Numbered from the stretch's first letter, positions 16,419-24,436 are shown. The stretch: 26,491 nt of DNA from a virus (IMGVR_UViG_3300018413_000031:1-26491); one strand, 5' to 3'. Numbers and translations: made by a program. The notes: a model not told the origin generated them from the sequence alone.

Positions 16419-16426
16419 TATAAATA
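16419..16426 (+). promoter_or_regulatory. T4-type late promoter
   Basis: TATAAATA 5 nt before ATG 16432. Confidence 0.72.
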
Positions 16427-16431
16427 GAGAT

Positions 16432-17235
16432 ATGGCGATTTGGCATAAAGATGATCAGGCTTACAACAGCAATAACACCACGCAATTTGAAGCGATGGTG
16501 CTTGCTGATAAAGACGGGAACATACTAAACACAAGTGGTGCCGCGTCAAACATCCCTATTGCTTCGGGAGATGTAACAGGATATTCCCACATCAATAAGT
16601 TTGGATACAGCGATGATATTTCAGCCCTTTCTACTGTATGGGACGGGCAAAACATCTATACATATTCCACTTCGGCAGGAGCCGTTACTGTAGAAAGTGA
16701 TGCGTCTACAAATGGGGACGACGGGGCAGTTATTGAAGTTCAGGGTTTGGATTCATCTTATAATGTAGTTACACAGGATATCACAATTAGCGGAGCAACT
16801 GGAACGGGTACTACTGATTTGATTCGAGTCTTTAGAGCAAAGGTTAAAAGTCCAGCAAGCGGTGAATCCACAAATGTGGGAAATATTGATATTGATATTG
16901 CCGCTGCACTAAGAGCAAAGATTCTTGAAGGTAAGGGTCAAACACTTATGGCCATTTACACTGTGCCAGCTGGGAAAACGGCTTATCTTCTAAACCTTAC
17001 AATGTCTGTAGACAAAAACGTCGACGCTATTTTTCAACTAATGGTTCAAACATACGATGATGGAGCATTAAACATCAAAGGTCAATTTGGTACCTTTGGA
17101 ACTCCCTTTGATCATCAGTATCCGGTTCCTCTTCGTTTCACGGAGAAAACAGATATTGAAGTAAGAGCTGATGCTGGCAACACCTGCGGCGGTGGAGCAA
17201 CCTTTGATATTATCTTAGTAGATAATCCAAGCTAA
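16432..17235 (+). CDS. Late-expressed hypothetical protein, probably virion-associated
   Basis: The only convincing plus-strand gene; 267 aa, G/S/T/D-rich beta-type composition, with a late promoter. Confidence 0.8.
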   Translation: MAIWHKDDQAYNSNNTTQFEAMVLADKDGNILNTSGAASNIPIASGDVTGYSHINKFGYSDDISALSTVWDGQNIYTYSTSAGAVTVESDASTNGDDGAVIEVQGLDSSYNVVTQDITISGATGTGTTDLIRVFRAKVKSPASGESTNVGNIDIDIAAALRAKILEGKGQTLMAIYTVPAGKTAYLLNLTMSVDKNVDAIFQLMVQTYDDGALNIKGQFGTFGTPFDHQYPVPLRFTEKTDIEVRADAGNTCGGGATFDIILVDNPS

Positions 17236-18170
17236 CGGCGACGGCGACCACGCTTTCTAGTCTCATCATCAATATTCGGATCCGAATCGTTTAGCTTCTT
17301 TGGACTTTTGCCAGGGTTGCTCGAGTCGACTCCGTCGTAATTATTACCATGTCCGTTGTTTTGCTTTAAAGCCGTTTCTTCCGCCTCGGTGAGATTCCCC
17401 TCGCAGTCAACCGAACCAACGTCGGTCTCAACCTCTTCATAGAAACTGACCAGAAATACCAGATCCTGAAGATCAAACCCACTGCTATTCGCATCAGTAT
17501 GGGTCAGCTCGACCAGGTAAATCACATCTCTCGAGCCGATCTTTATCTTACCTTCCGAATCGAGAAATGGCAGGAGGAAGGACTCGATGGAGGGCTGCTG
17601 ATACAGAGGTGTCGTCGTCGGGGGGACATCGCCATTCCGTAGAGCCCTGACGTTTTGGGAAACTGAACGGGAATCGAACGAGGAGCTCCAAGACCCGTTG
17701 GCGCGAACGTAGCGACCGCTGAAATCAAGTGTGTCCCCGCTAGCCAACTTTGTCGACCAAACAATCTTGTTTGGATTAATACGATCATTCGTATCAAAGA
17801 AAAAGCTTTTTGAGGGGTATCCATTTTGACTCACCCTTCCTTGCGTAGGTACCCATTCCCAGTGAACAACTTTATCACGCCAATTTTTCCAAATTCTTTT
17901 TACGGATGCGCCAAGTACCCTGACATCGGCAAAGACGCAACGATCAGCGCGAACCGTCCCTGTATTTTCGATGGACACAATATCCGAAACAGCCTCGGGA
18001 ACAGTAACGCTCCAGGTTAAAGTAGGATGAGTCCCAGTCTGAACTTGGGTCGGATAAGCGCTTAGCGTCCCAACGGGAATGACCGGAGACTCTTCCTGTC
18101 CCAGCATCAAAACTGGAGCCGCCGTCAAAGCAGCGACCAATGAGGTGAATAATTTATTTTTGTTGTTCAT
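17232..18170 (-). CDS. Secreted host-like protein (signal peptide; NNGHGNNxDGVDSSNPG motif)
   Basis: N-terminal signal peptide, FDLQDLV segment, NNGHGNNYDGVDSSNPG, Arg-rich tail. Visibly more GC-rich than its flanks. Confidence 0.8.
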   Translation of the reverse strand: MNNKNKLFTSLVAALTAAPVLMLGQEESPVIPVGTLSAYPTQVQTGTHPTLTWSVTVPEAVSDIVSIENTGTVRADRCVFADVRVLGASVKRIWKNWRDKVVHWEWVPTQGRVSQNGYPSKSFFFDTNDRINPNKIVWSTKLASGDTLDFSGRYVRANGSWSSSFDSRSVSQNVRALRNGDVPPTTTPLYQQPSIESFLLPFLDSEGKIKIGSRDVIYLVELTHTDANSSGFDLQDLVFLVSFYEEVETDVGSVDCEGNLTEAEETALKQNNGHGNNYDGVDSSNPGKSPKKLNDSDPNIDDETRKRGRRRR

Positions 18171-18180
18171 TTATTTTAAT

Positions 18181-18217
18181 TGGATACCAGCTACCCGAAA
18201 AGGTAGCCGGTGATCCA
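18181..18217 (-). other. Intergenic RNA hairpin downstream of hsp20
   Basis: Minus strand TGGAT-C-ACCGGCTACC-TTTTCG-GGTAGCTGGT-ATCCA, with no U-tract. Confidence 0.6.
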
Positions 18218-18226
18218 GTGGTTATT

Positions 18227-18655
18227 CTATTCAGAAAGAAATTCTTTTTCCGATTTACCGTTAATATCAAACACCTTTGGTTGAAGTTCCTCGGGTATTT
18301 CCCTTTCAAGTGTAATTGAAAGAACTCCGTTTGCAAGCGTTACACCTTTAACTTGAACGTGCTCGGCAAGGTCAAAGGATTTCTCGAACTTTCGAGTTCC
18401 AATACCTTTATGCAAATACTCAACATCGCTAGATGCGGAATCGTTACCTTCAATTTTAAGCTGACTTTTATCAAGAGTAACCTTAAGGTCTTCTTCTTTA
18501 AAGCCTGCTACTGCAATCGCAATTTCAAATGCGTTATCCGAATGTTTAATAACATTATGAGGTGGATAGGTTTGATTGTTTTGCGATGATTCAATTCGAT
18601 CAAAGAATTGATCGAACCCTACTGTCCACGAACGTGGGATACTATATGCTGTCAT
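18227..18655 (-). CDS. hsp20: Small heat-shock protein (Hsp20/IbpA family)
   Basis: VGFDQFF, YPPHNVIK, IAVAGF, YLHKGIGTRKF, NGVLSITL. Confidence 0.96.
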   Translation of the reverse strand: MTAYSIPRSWTVGFDQFFDRIESSQNNQTYPPHNVIKHSDNAFEIAIAVAGFKEEDLKVTLDKSQLKIEGNDSASSDVEYLHKGIGTRKFEKSFDLAEHVQVKGVTLANGVLSITLEREIPEELQPKVFDINGKSEKEFLSE

Positions 18656-18712
18656 TTGTTTTCTCCTTGTATTAAGCGAGTTTATGTTAGTCGGAACCCC
18701 GAAGGCATTCCT
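18656..18712 (-). promoter_or_regulatory. ROSE-like RNA thermometer in the hsp20 5' UTR
   Basis: CUCGCUU-AAUAC-AAGGAG pairs the SD with a bulged G (UCGCU motif); upstream C(UUCG)G hairpin at 18693-18711. Confidence 0.7.
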
Positions 18713-18753
18713 ATTGACTGACCTTCTTGGCCAATCAAAATTGTGTTGTGCAT

Positions 18754-19053
18754 TTAACCGTAAAAGGCAGTCTTTGTAAAGAGTATGTCGTTTGCACCGT
18801 TGTCTCCGTCAAGATCTTCAGTTGCATATATCTCTTCATCATGGTCCTTGCGAACAAAGATACTTTTATTACCCTGTATAGCAATTACATTATCCTCCGA
18901 TACATCATATCCTGAAGAACCAGAAGGTTGTAGATGGATATACCGAACTTGGGACTGGGTATTTTGAACAAATACCTGCTGAGCTTCTTCAAGCGTTGTA
19001 GCACTCCCTTGCCCTTCAGCATAGGTGGCTAATCCAAGCGGATGAATCTTCAT
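18754..19053 (-). CDS. Small late protein, paralog of 19059-19346
   Basis: MKIHPL...QQVFVQNT...RYIH...SIFVRKDHDEEIYA...DILFTKTAFY. Confidence 0.8.
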   Translation of the reverse strand: MKIHPLGLATYAEGQGSATTLEEAQQVFVQNTQSQVRYIHLQPSGSSGYDVSEDNVIAIQGNKSIFVRKDHDEEIYATEDLDGDNGANDILFTKTAFYG

Positions 19054-19058
19054 TTGTA

Positions 19059-19346
19059 TTAAGCGTAAAAGCCGGTCTTTGTAAAGAGGACGTCAGTGGC
19101 GGCACCTGTTCCACCGGAGGCGGTGGAAGCAAAGATTTCATCATCATTATCTTTACGAACCAAAACACTTTGATTTGGCTGCAAGTAAAATGATGCAATG
19201 CGCGTTCCTGTACTACCTTCTTCAACATGAATGTAACGGCCGGAGGAGGAAGTGTTCTGAACAAGTACCTGCTGTGAACGATCAATCGTGGAAGCTCCGG
19301 CTGTAAGAGAAGCGGTTGCTGCAATATTTAAAGGATTAATTTTCAT
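19059..19346 (-). CDS. Small late protein, paralog of 18754-19053
   Basis: MKINPL...QQVLVQNT...RYIH...SVLVRKDNDDEIFA...DVLFTKTGFY. Confidence 0.8.
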   Translation of the reverse strand: MKINPLNIAATASLTAGASTIDRSQQVLVQNTSSSGRYIHVEEGSTGTRIASFYLQPNQSVLVRKDNDDEIFASTASGGTGAATDVLFTKTGFYA

Positions 19347-19355
19347 GTGTATTGT

Positions 19356-19379
19356 TATTTATACAAAATGTTATTTATA
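19356..19379 (-). promoter_or_regulatory. Tandem T4-type late promoters (TATAAATA x2)
   Basis: tatttata on + at 19356-19363 and 19372-19379. Confidence 0.68.
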
Positions 19380-19808
19380 CTGTTTCTTAACATTACCAAT
19401 TGAATATTTTTCCTTTAAGTTCCAATTGGGCTTATCAGCAAAAGAGATGATCTTAATCTTTTTTAGATCTGTGGTTTCGGTTATCTGATCGCGCTTGGCA
19501 AGGCGAATCAAACCCCAGTCAGAAAGAAGAATTGAAATTGTATTCCTTCGTCGCAGGTCATCAAGTGTAAAGTCTGCGCCTTTGCCATCTAGCATAAAAA
19601 GCTCTTTGAAGTGGAGGATAAAGTACCTACCTTGTTTATGAAGAATGTGGCAGCTTTGAAAAAGAGTGTTTCCATCTCGTTTTGAAGCAACTCCAATCCG
19701 TGAAAGAGTTTCTTTCACCTTTAAGAAATCGTCAGGTTCGTTTAAGTAGACCTCGAGCATATCCTCGGGTCGCCAATCAATGTAATCATTCTGTGAATCA
19801 TTATTCAT
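19371..19808 (-). CDS. regA: Translational repressor RegA
   Basis: PDDFLKVKETLSRIGVAS, LFQSCHILHKQGRYFILHFKELF, RRNTI..LL.DWGL. Confidence 0.97.
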   Translation of the reverse strand: MNNDSQNDYIDWRPEDMLEVYLNEPDDFLKVKETLSRIGVASKRDGNTLFQSCHILHKQGRYFILHFKELFMLDGKGADFTLDDLRRRNTISILLSDWGLIRLAKRDQITETTDLKKIKIISFADKPNWNLKEKYSIGNVKKQYK

Positions 19809-19824
19809 AATCTTATTTATTAAT

Positions 19825-20265
19825 CTATTTCTTCCCGCCTTTATCTCTAAGTTTATGAAGCTCGGCTAATGCGGATTCTGTGAATAGCGGAAGGACTTCC
19901 CGCGCCTTTTCAGAGCTGTATCCATAATGTTCTTTAATAACCTCAACGTCCTTATCATCAGGTACCGCCTTAAACCATTTGCTAAATCTTCGACGAGGCC
20001 TGATTGTATTTCGTAAAAAGTCATATTGCATTCTTGCAGGAAGAGCTGCGTACCGATTCATCTCATTAGCAAAAAGAATCGTGTCTTGGAAATAAGACAA
20101 CGAGCGATTAACCATAAACGGAACATACGCCTTTTCAGGTGAATCAACCGACACAGCTTCTTCACTGTATGCGGTGGCATCCTCGAGAATATCCTTTGAC
20201 TTTGGACCACTGTTAATGTTTGAAACAATGTCGAAGAAGGAGAGCTTTTTTTCTTTTTTAGCCAT
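19825..20265 (-). CDS. gp62: Clamp loader small subunit (gp62)
   Basis: YVPFMVNRSLSYF.DT..FANEMN, QYDFL, RFSKW, YGYS.EKA; lies between gene 44 and regA. Confidence 0.92.
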   Translation of the reverse strand: MAKKEKKLSFFDIVSNINSGPKSKDILEDATAYSEEAVSVDSPEKAYVPFMVNRSLSYFQDTILFANEMNRYAALPARMQYDFLRNTIRPRRRFSKWFKAVPDDKDVEVIKEHYGYSSEKAREVLPLFTESALAELHKLRDKGGKK

Positions 20266-20266
20266 C

Positions 20267-21211
20267 TTACTTCTTCCAAGTTACGTTAGCCATCAGCTCC
20301 GTCATGCACGCGACCATGTTCAGCTCTTTGTCAGCTACAAAAGCTGCTTTATATTGATAGTCAGCAAGAATAAGAACTGCGGAAGGAATCCCACTTGCGG
20401 TGGCATGGTCGCTTAAGACATCATAGATCTTTCGAAAGATGGCCGACGTATCTAGTGCTGCGTTGTTAGCAACCCAAGCTCGCATTGACTTAAAGTCTTT
20501 TGACTTGAGATGGGTAATCACTTCAGCAACAGATTCATCGCTGTTACCAATAAGAATGGCTGCGGGGATTTCACCGCTGCTGCCGTAACGTTGACACTCA
20601 CCAATTACTCTCCGCCAATCAGGTGCGTGACGAATAATAAGTTCGGCAATAACCTTTTCATTATAAGTGACGCCTTCCTTGTCAAGGATACTTTTAAGGC
20701 GGCCCATGAATTGGCTTGCAAGACCAGCAAGTTGTTTCTTGTTTGTGTTAAACTCAACTACCGCGCATCGGCTATGAAGAGGCTCGATAAGTCGGTTCTT
20801 AAAGTTGCACGTAAGAATGAATCGGCAGTTATTACTAAACTCCTCGATAAATCCACGAAGTGCGGGTTGGGTACTTTGGGCGTTGAGGTAATCGGCCTCA
20901 TCAAGAATGATAACCTTAATACCTCCGGTAAGACTAACGGTACTTGCGAATTGTTTGATCTTGTTGCGAAGAACGTCAATCCCACTTTCCTCTGAGCCGT
21001 TGATTAGCATCCAATCTAATCCAAGCTCGTTACACAGCGCTTTGGCAACGGTTGTCTTACCCGTCCCAGCGGTTCCAGAAAGAAGCATGTTATGCAACTC
21101 TCCGCTTTTAACGATTCCGTTGAATGTGTCTTTAAGGTCTTTAGTAAGAACACATTCGTCAATAGTTTGGGGTCTGTATTTCTCGACCCACAAGAATTCA
21201 CTTTTACTCAT
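20267..21211 (-). CDS. gp44: Clamp loader large subunit (gp44, RFC-like AAA+)
   Basis: LWVEKYRP, GTAGTGKTT, IILDEAD, PLHSRC. Confidence 0.97.
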   Translation of the reverse strand: MSKSEFLWVEKYRPQTIDECVLTKDLKDTFNGIVKSGELHNMLLSGTAGTGKTTVAKALCNELGLDWMLINGSEESGIDVLRNKIKQFASTVSLTGGIKVIILDEADYLNAQSTQPALRGFIEEFSNNCRFILTCNFKNRLIEPLHSRCAVVEFNTNKKQLAGLASQFMGRLKSILDKEGVTYNEKVIAELIIRHAPDWRRVIGECQRYGSSGEIPAAILIGNSDESVAEVITHLKSKDFKSMRAWVANNAALDTSAIFRKIYDVLSDHATASGIPSAVLILADYQYKAAFVADKELNMVACMTELMANVTWKK

Positions 21212-21217
21212 GATATT

Positions 21218-21246
21218 ATTATAATAAAATTAGGGGTTTATGTAAA
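21218..21246 (-). promoter_or_regulatory. Sigma70-type early promoter for gene 44, leaderless configuration
   Basis: TTTACA-N17-TATAAT, then 6 nt, then ATG (21211). Confidence 0.75.
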
Positions 21247-21248
21247 GG

Positions 21249-21335
21249 TTAATCTGTCATAAGATGAACCAGTTCAAAGGTGCATAGTAGTATTATGACA
21301 CCTCCGTATATTCCAAAAAAGGTTTCGTGTGACAT
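21249..21335 (-). CDS. Possible 28-aa single-TM peptide
   Basis: MSHETFFGIYGGVIILLCTFELVHLMTD fills the gap between the tRNA and the gene 44 promoter. Confidence 0.4.
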   Translation of the reverse strand: MSHETFFGIYGGVIILLCTFELVHLMTD

Positions 21336-21345
21336 AATTAGTAAG

Positions 21346-21418
21346 TGGGCCCGGTAGGATTTGAACCTACGACCAAGGGATTATGAGTCCCCTGCTCTGA
21401 CCACTGAGCTACAAGCCC
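21346..21418 (-). tRNA. tRNA with CAU anticodon, most likely tRNA-Ile2 (lysidine-modified)
   Basis: GGGCTTGTAGCTCAGTGGTCAGAGCAGGGGACTCATAATCCCTTGGTCGTAGGTTCAAATCCTACCGGGCCCA. Full cloverleaf; D and anticodon arms resemble bacterial ileX; CCA not encoded. Confidence 0.9.
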
Positions 21419-21427
21419 TCTTAGGAT

Positions 21428-21703
21428 CTAGGATCTGAAAACTCCTAAAAGCCTTTTAAGAATTCCAGGCTTGGGAAGTTGCTCGCACTCTTTATCACAA
21501 ATGTCAACAAATGTAATTGGAACAATATCTTCAGGATTTTTCGCTGCTCTCTTAGCAGCATTAGCCAGTTCGGTTGAGGTGAATAGCAAAGGATCATTGT
21601 CCTCGATAAACACCTGAAAGTATTCACTAGAAGCAGAAGTTCTAGCCTTTCGATTTGGTACCTTACAGACGTAAGCGCGGGATTGCGTTGGCTGTTCTTT
21701 CAT
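21428..21703 (-). CDS. Hypothetical protein
   Basis: ATG start, tiles with neighbours; LLFT..EL..A.KRA.KNPED segment. Confidence 0.7.
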   Translation of the reverse strand: MKEQPTQSRAYVCKVPNRKARTSASSEYFQVFIEDNDPLLFTSTELANAAKRAAKNPEDIVPITFVDICDKECEQLPKPGILKRLLGVFRS

Positions 21704-21705
21704 AA

Positions 21706-22032
21706 TTAGTAGTTATAATAATAAGACGGACGTTGGAAATTTTCACGGTCGTAATTATAAGGATAATAAGTTTGGCGATTGTAATTATAATATGGTTGCC
21801 GATCGCGATTATAATAAGGTTGGCGGTTGCGATGAGCTCGGTTCTTGGACATTTCCGATCCGGCCACCGCACCTACGGCACCACCAATAAGAGCGCCAGT
21901 CTCATCACCAACGAGATAGCCAATACCCGCACCAACGGCACCACCAGACACAGCACCGCGTTCACCGGGTGTGCAGGAGACTCCAAGAAGTGCGGATGCG
22001 GAGAGAAGAGAAAGTATGAATGTTTTTTTCAT
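21706..22032 (-). CDS. Glycine-zipper lipoprotein with Tyr/Asn/Arg-rich repeat tail
   Basis: Signal peptide with lipobox LGVSC; GAVSGGAVGAGIGYLVG...GALIGGAVGAVAG; RQPYY repeats. Confidence 0.8.
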   Translation of the reverse strand: MKKTFILSLLSASALLGVSCTPGERGAVSGGAVGAGIGYLVGDETGALIGGAVGAVAGSEMSKNRAHRNRQPYYNRDRQPYYNYNRQTYYPYNYDRENFQRPSYYYNY

Positions 22033-22062
22033 AATGGATTTAAGTTATAATTATACTAGGTT

Positions 22063-22323
22063 TTATTCAGCAAAGTTAAACTCAAGTTGCTCGAGTTCTG
22101 CTTCGGTTGCTTTGCCTTCTTCGCCCTCGCCTTCTTCGCCCTCGCCTTCTTCATCTGGAGGAGTAGGAAGATGCGCAACTAGTCGAGTAAAAAGATCGCC
22201 AACCACACTCAGTTCTTCGGCCTTAAACGCACCCCGCTTTGAGCAAATGTCGATAAGCTGGGCCATGGTTGCAACGTCCGTAAGAATCACGGGCACGGTT
22301 GAATTGATTTGTTCTTCAGTCAT
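22063..22323 (-). CDS. Small acidic protein downstream of gene 45
   Basis: IDICSKRGAFKAEEL core, EEGEG repeat (15-bp tandem at about 22114-22152), C-terminal QLEFNF. Confidence 0.75.
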   Translation of the reverse strand: MTEEQINSTVPVILTDVATMAQLIDICSKRGAFKAEELSVVGDLFTRLVAHLPTPPDEEGEGEEGEGEEGKATEAELEQLEFNFAE

Positions 22324-22333
22324 ATTTTATATA

Positions 22334-23008
22334 TCAGGCTGTAAATGTGGAAGACTTCTCAAGAGCGATATAGTACTCAATAGGAGCAACAGTGTTTTCC
22401 CAACGGGAGATAAACTTGGAGCTAATATCGACATTATAATCGCCGGAAACTACACGGATGTTAGAGATAAGAAACTGAAAGTCAAACTCAGACTTACAAT
22501 CGTTGTCTTCATCAACCACCATATCAAAAGTATTGGCGGAAGAGTTTTTACTGTCAGTAACGCTAAGATTGATAACACCTTCTTTACCAACTACAGAAAC
22601 AACAGAATGACCAAGAACAGCTGCGGCTTTGCGGACCTGTGTAAGCTGATCTTCAGTTACGGTAACAGATACTTCAGCATCAGGCATCTTGATCTGACTG
22701 GTTGGAGCTGTAAGAATCTCGGGATCAGCAAAACGATAAGAAGCTTTACTTCGGCCATTCTTTAGCACGACACTGTCATCGTTAAACTCAAGAGTGGGGT
22801 CGCCAACAAGATTCACAACGTTAATGAATTCGTTTAGATCGTAGATGCCAAAGTCGCTCTTAAAAGGTTCAGGGATTGTTGCTTTGGCAAAAACATTCTT
22901 GGCTTCTGCGATAGTTGAGAGAGGCTCATCGGCCTTCACAACAAGGTTTGGATTAATACTTGCGAAGTTCTTAAGTACTTCGAGTGTTTCAGTTGATAGT
23001 GTTGTCAT
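22334..23008 (-). CDS. gp45: Sliding clamp (gp45)
   Basis: LSTETLEVLKNFASIN, FGIYDLNEF, GDYNVDISSK, YYIALE. Confidence 0.96.
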   Translation of the reverse strand: MTTLSTETLEVLKNFASINPNLVVKADEPLSTIAEAKNVFAKATIPEPFKSDFGIYDLNEFINVVNLVGDPTLEFNDDSVVLKNGRSKASYRFADPEILTAPTSQIKMPDAEVSVTVTEDQLTQVRKAAAVLGHSVVSVVGKEGVINLSVTDSKNSSANTFDMVVDEDNDCKSEFDFQFLISNIRVVSGDYNVDISSKFISRWENTVAPIEYYIALEKSSTFTA

Positions 23009-23015
23009 ATTCTAT

Positions 23016-23044
23016 ATTATATACTATTTTGGTTTATTTGTAAA
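23016..23044 (-). promoter_or_regulatory. Sigma70-type early promoter for gene 45, near-leaderless
   Basis: TTTACA-N17-TATAAT, then 7 nt, then ATG (23008). Confidence 0.75.
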
Positions 23045-23086
23045 TAAAAAAATGGTGGCTGGGCACCACCACAATACCCAGCCACC
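23045..23086 (-). terminator. Rho-independent terminator, copy 2 of the repeated hairpin
   Basis: ggtggctggg-caccaccacaata-cccagccacc (23054-23086), followed on the minus strand by ATTTTTTTA. Confidence 0.7.
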
Positions 23087-23099
23087 CTTCTAAGGAGCA

Positions 23100-23357
23100 T
23101 TAGGAATGCTGCTTAGGTGTACCCAAACGATAGCGGCTAACACGCTCGCCATTAGAGTCGTATCGGCTATTAAGATAAATCGGAGCACCTTGCTCGTAGC
23201 GAAGGGTATTCACCACACGATACGGATCTGAGATCCCTGCGTTATAAAGGTCGATCGGGGAAGGTTCGTATCCGGCTTCGAGGGCGGTCATTACCGCTTC
23301 CTTTTGCGTCTTCACGAGAACGAGTTTAGTTAATCGGTTGATTTGTCTTTTTGTCAT
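23100..23357 (-). CDS. Small basic protein, probable winged-HTH DNA-binding protein
   Basis: TQKEAVMTALEAG...GISDPYRVVNTLR..G.PIYLN...YRLGTP pattern. Confidence 0.65.
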   Translation of the reverse strand: MTKRQINRLTKLVLVKTQKEAVMTALEAGYEPSPIDLYNAGISDPYRVVNTLRYEQGAPIYLNSRYDSNGERVSRYRLGTPKQHS

Positions 23358-23365
23358 ATTGATTA

Positions 23366-23487
23366 TATGTTGTTTATTGTAGGCGGCCTGATTTGTTATA
23401 GATTGGCTCAGACCGAAGCCAAGTTGTTAAATTAGAAAGGGACTGGACCTTCAGCAGGAGTATTATCAGCAGTTGCTGTTTCCTCAG
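23366..23487. repeat. Direct repeat copy A (~120 bp) flanking the methyltransferase
   Basis: Aligns with 24458-24571; 37-bp identical core at 23439-23475. Confidence 0.92.
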
Positions 23488-24436
23488 TTGTAGCAGCAAT
23501 TCTGTCTTTAATAATCTGACAGTATTCTTCTGAGTATTCAACACCAACTGAGTTGAATCCCAGTTCTTTTGCTGCAATAAGAGTAGTACCACTGCCAGCA
23601 AATGGATCATAGACAGTACCACCCTTTGGTGTAATGAGTTTGATAAGGTACTTCATTAACTCAAGATTCTTCACAGTAGGGTGATCATTTTTGATAGTTT
23701 TATTGTGAGTTCTTTCTTTCACAGAACTTTTGGTAGAGTAGAAGAACCTACTAGCAGTACCAGAATCACAGTAAGTGGTTTCACCAATGTATCCACCCCC
23801 ACCAAAAACTCCACCATCATACTGCCTACCTTGATAGTCTTCGACTCCATAGTTCCTAGACCATCCGTTACCACGGTCTCCAAACTTAGCAAAATGTTCT
23901 TCCACTTCTTCACTTCCATCGTGCAGAACATTACCTGGCCAACGTCCAGACTCTAAACGAGTATCTTCAATGTTAATACCACCAACACCATGAGTTTGAC
24001 AATTCTTTACAATAGTCTTCTCTTCAATTGGTTTCTGAGCAAGAAGAATAGGTTCATAACATGGTTTGAGACCAGTTCCCCATCCTTTCCAAGCAGGATC
24101 TTTCTTACCAATGTTCTGACTCTTCGGCATACCCTGCCCATACAACCACATCAAAACATCTTTAATCTTAAGACCAGAGTCTTCCACAGCGCACACGAGT
24201 CTATGGAAAGTCTTAGAAGCACCAAAGATCAAAAGATGCCCTCCAGGTTTCAGAGTCTTAGCAATCGATTGCCAGGTCTCTACCTTAAAAGCAACACAGT
24301 TTTGATACGAATCCCACCCATTGCCTAGGTACTCAATACCATATGGAGGATCAGTTACGATAGAATCAAACAGTTCTCCATCATAGTTGTTTGAGAAGAG
24401 AACACAATCATCATTATGAAATTCAGAGGTAGGCAT
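23432..24436 (-). CDS. Beta-class N6-adenine/N4-cytosine DNA methyltransferase
   Basis: VTDPPY (motif IV) precedes HPTVK and DPFAGSGTT (motif I); ATG 24436 has a GGAG SD. Confidence 0.92.
   Translation of the reverse strand: MPTSEFHNDDCVLFSNNYDGELFDSIVTDPPYGIEYLGNGWDSYQNCVAFKVETWQSIAKTLKPGGHLLIFGASKTFHRLVCAVEDSGLKIKDVLMWLYGQGMPKSQNIGKKDPAWKGWGTGLKPCYEPILLAQKPIEEKTIVKNCQTHGVGGINIEDTRLESGRWPGNVLHDGSEEVEEHFAKFGDRGNGWSRNYGVEDYQGRQYDGGVFGGGGYIGETTYCDSGTASRFFYSTKSSVKERTHNKTIKNDHPTVKNLELMKYLIKLITPKGGTVYDPFAGSGTTLIAAKELGFNSVGVEYSEEYCQIIKDRIAATTEETATADNTPAEGPVPF

Noticed and set aside
16373-16549. 59-aa N-terminal extension of the polymerase ORF
   Set aside because: It is Cys/Tyr-rich read-through across the promoter and the opposite-strand gene; the real start is ATG 16372.
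21346-21418. tRNA as a prophage attachment site, or as initiator tRNA-fMet
   Set aside because: No integrase or duplicated tRNA end is present. G1-C72 is paired and the anticodon stem ends in GGA rather than the three G-C pairs of initiators.
22114-22152. 15-bp tandem repeat
   Set aside because: It simply encodes an EEGEG low-complexity linker.
21971-22765. 264-aa plus-strand ORF
   Set aside because: Antisense to gene 45 and the acidic protein; its SPS repeats mirror the EEGEG codons.
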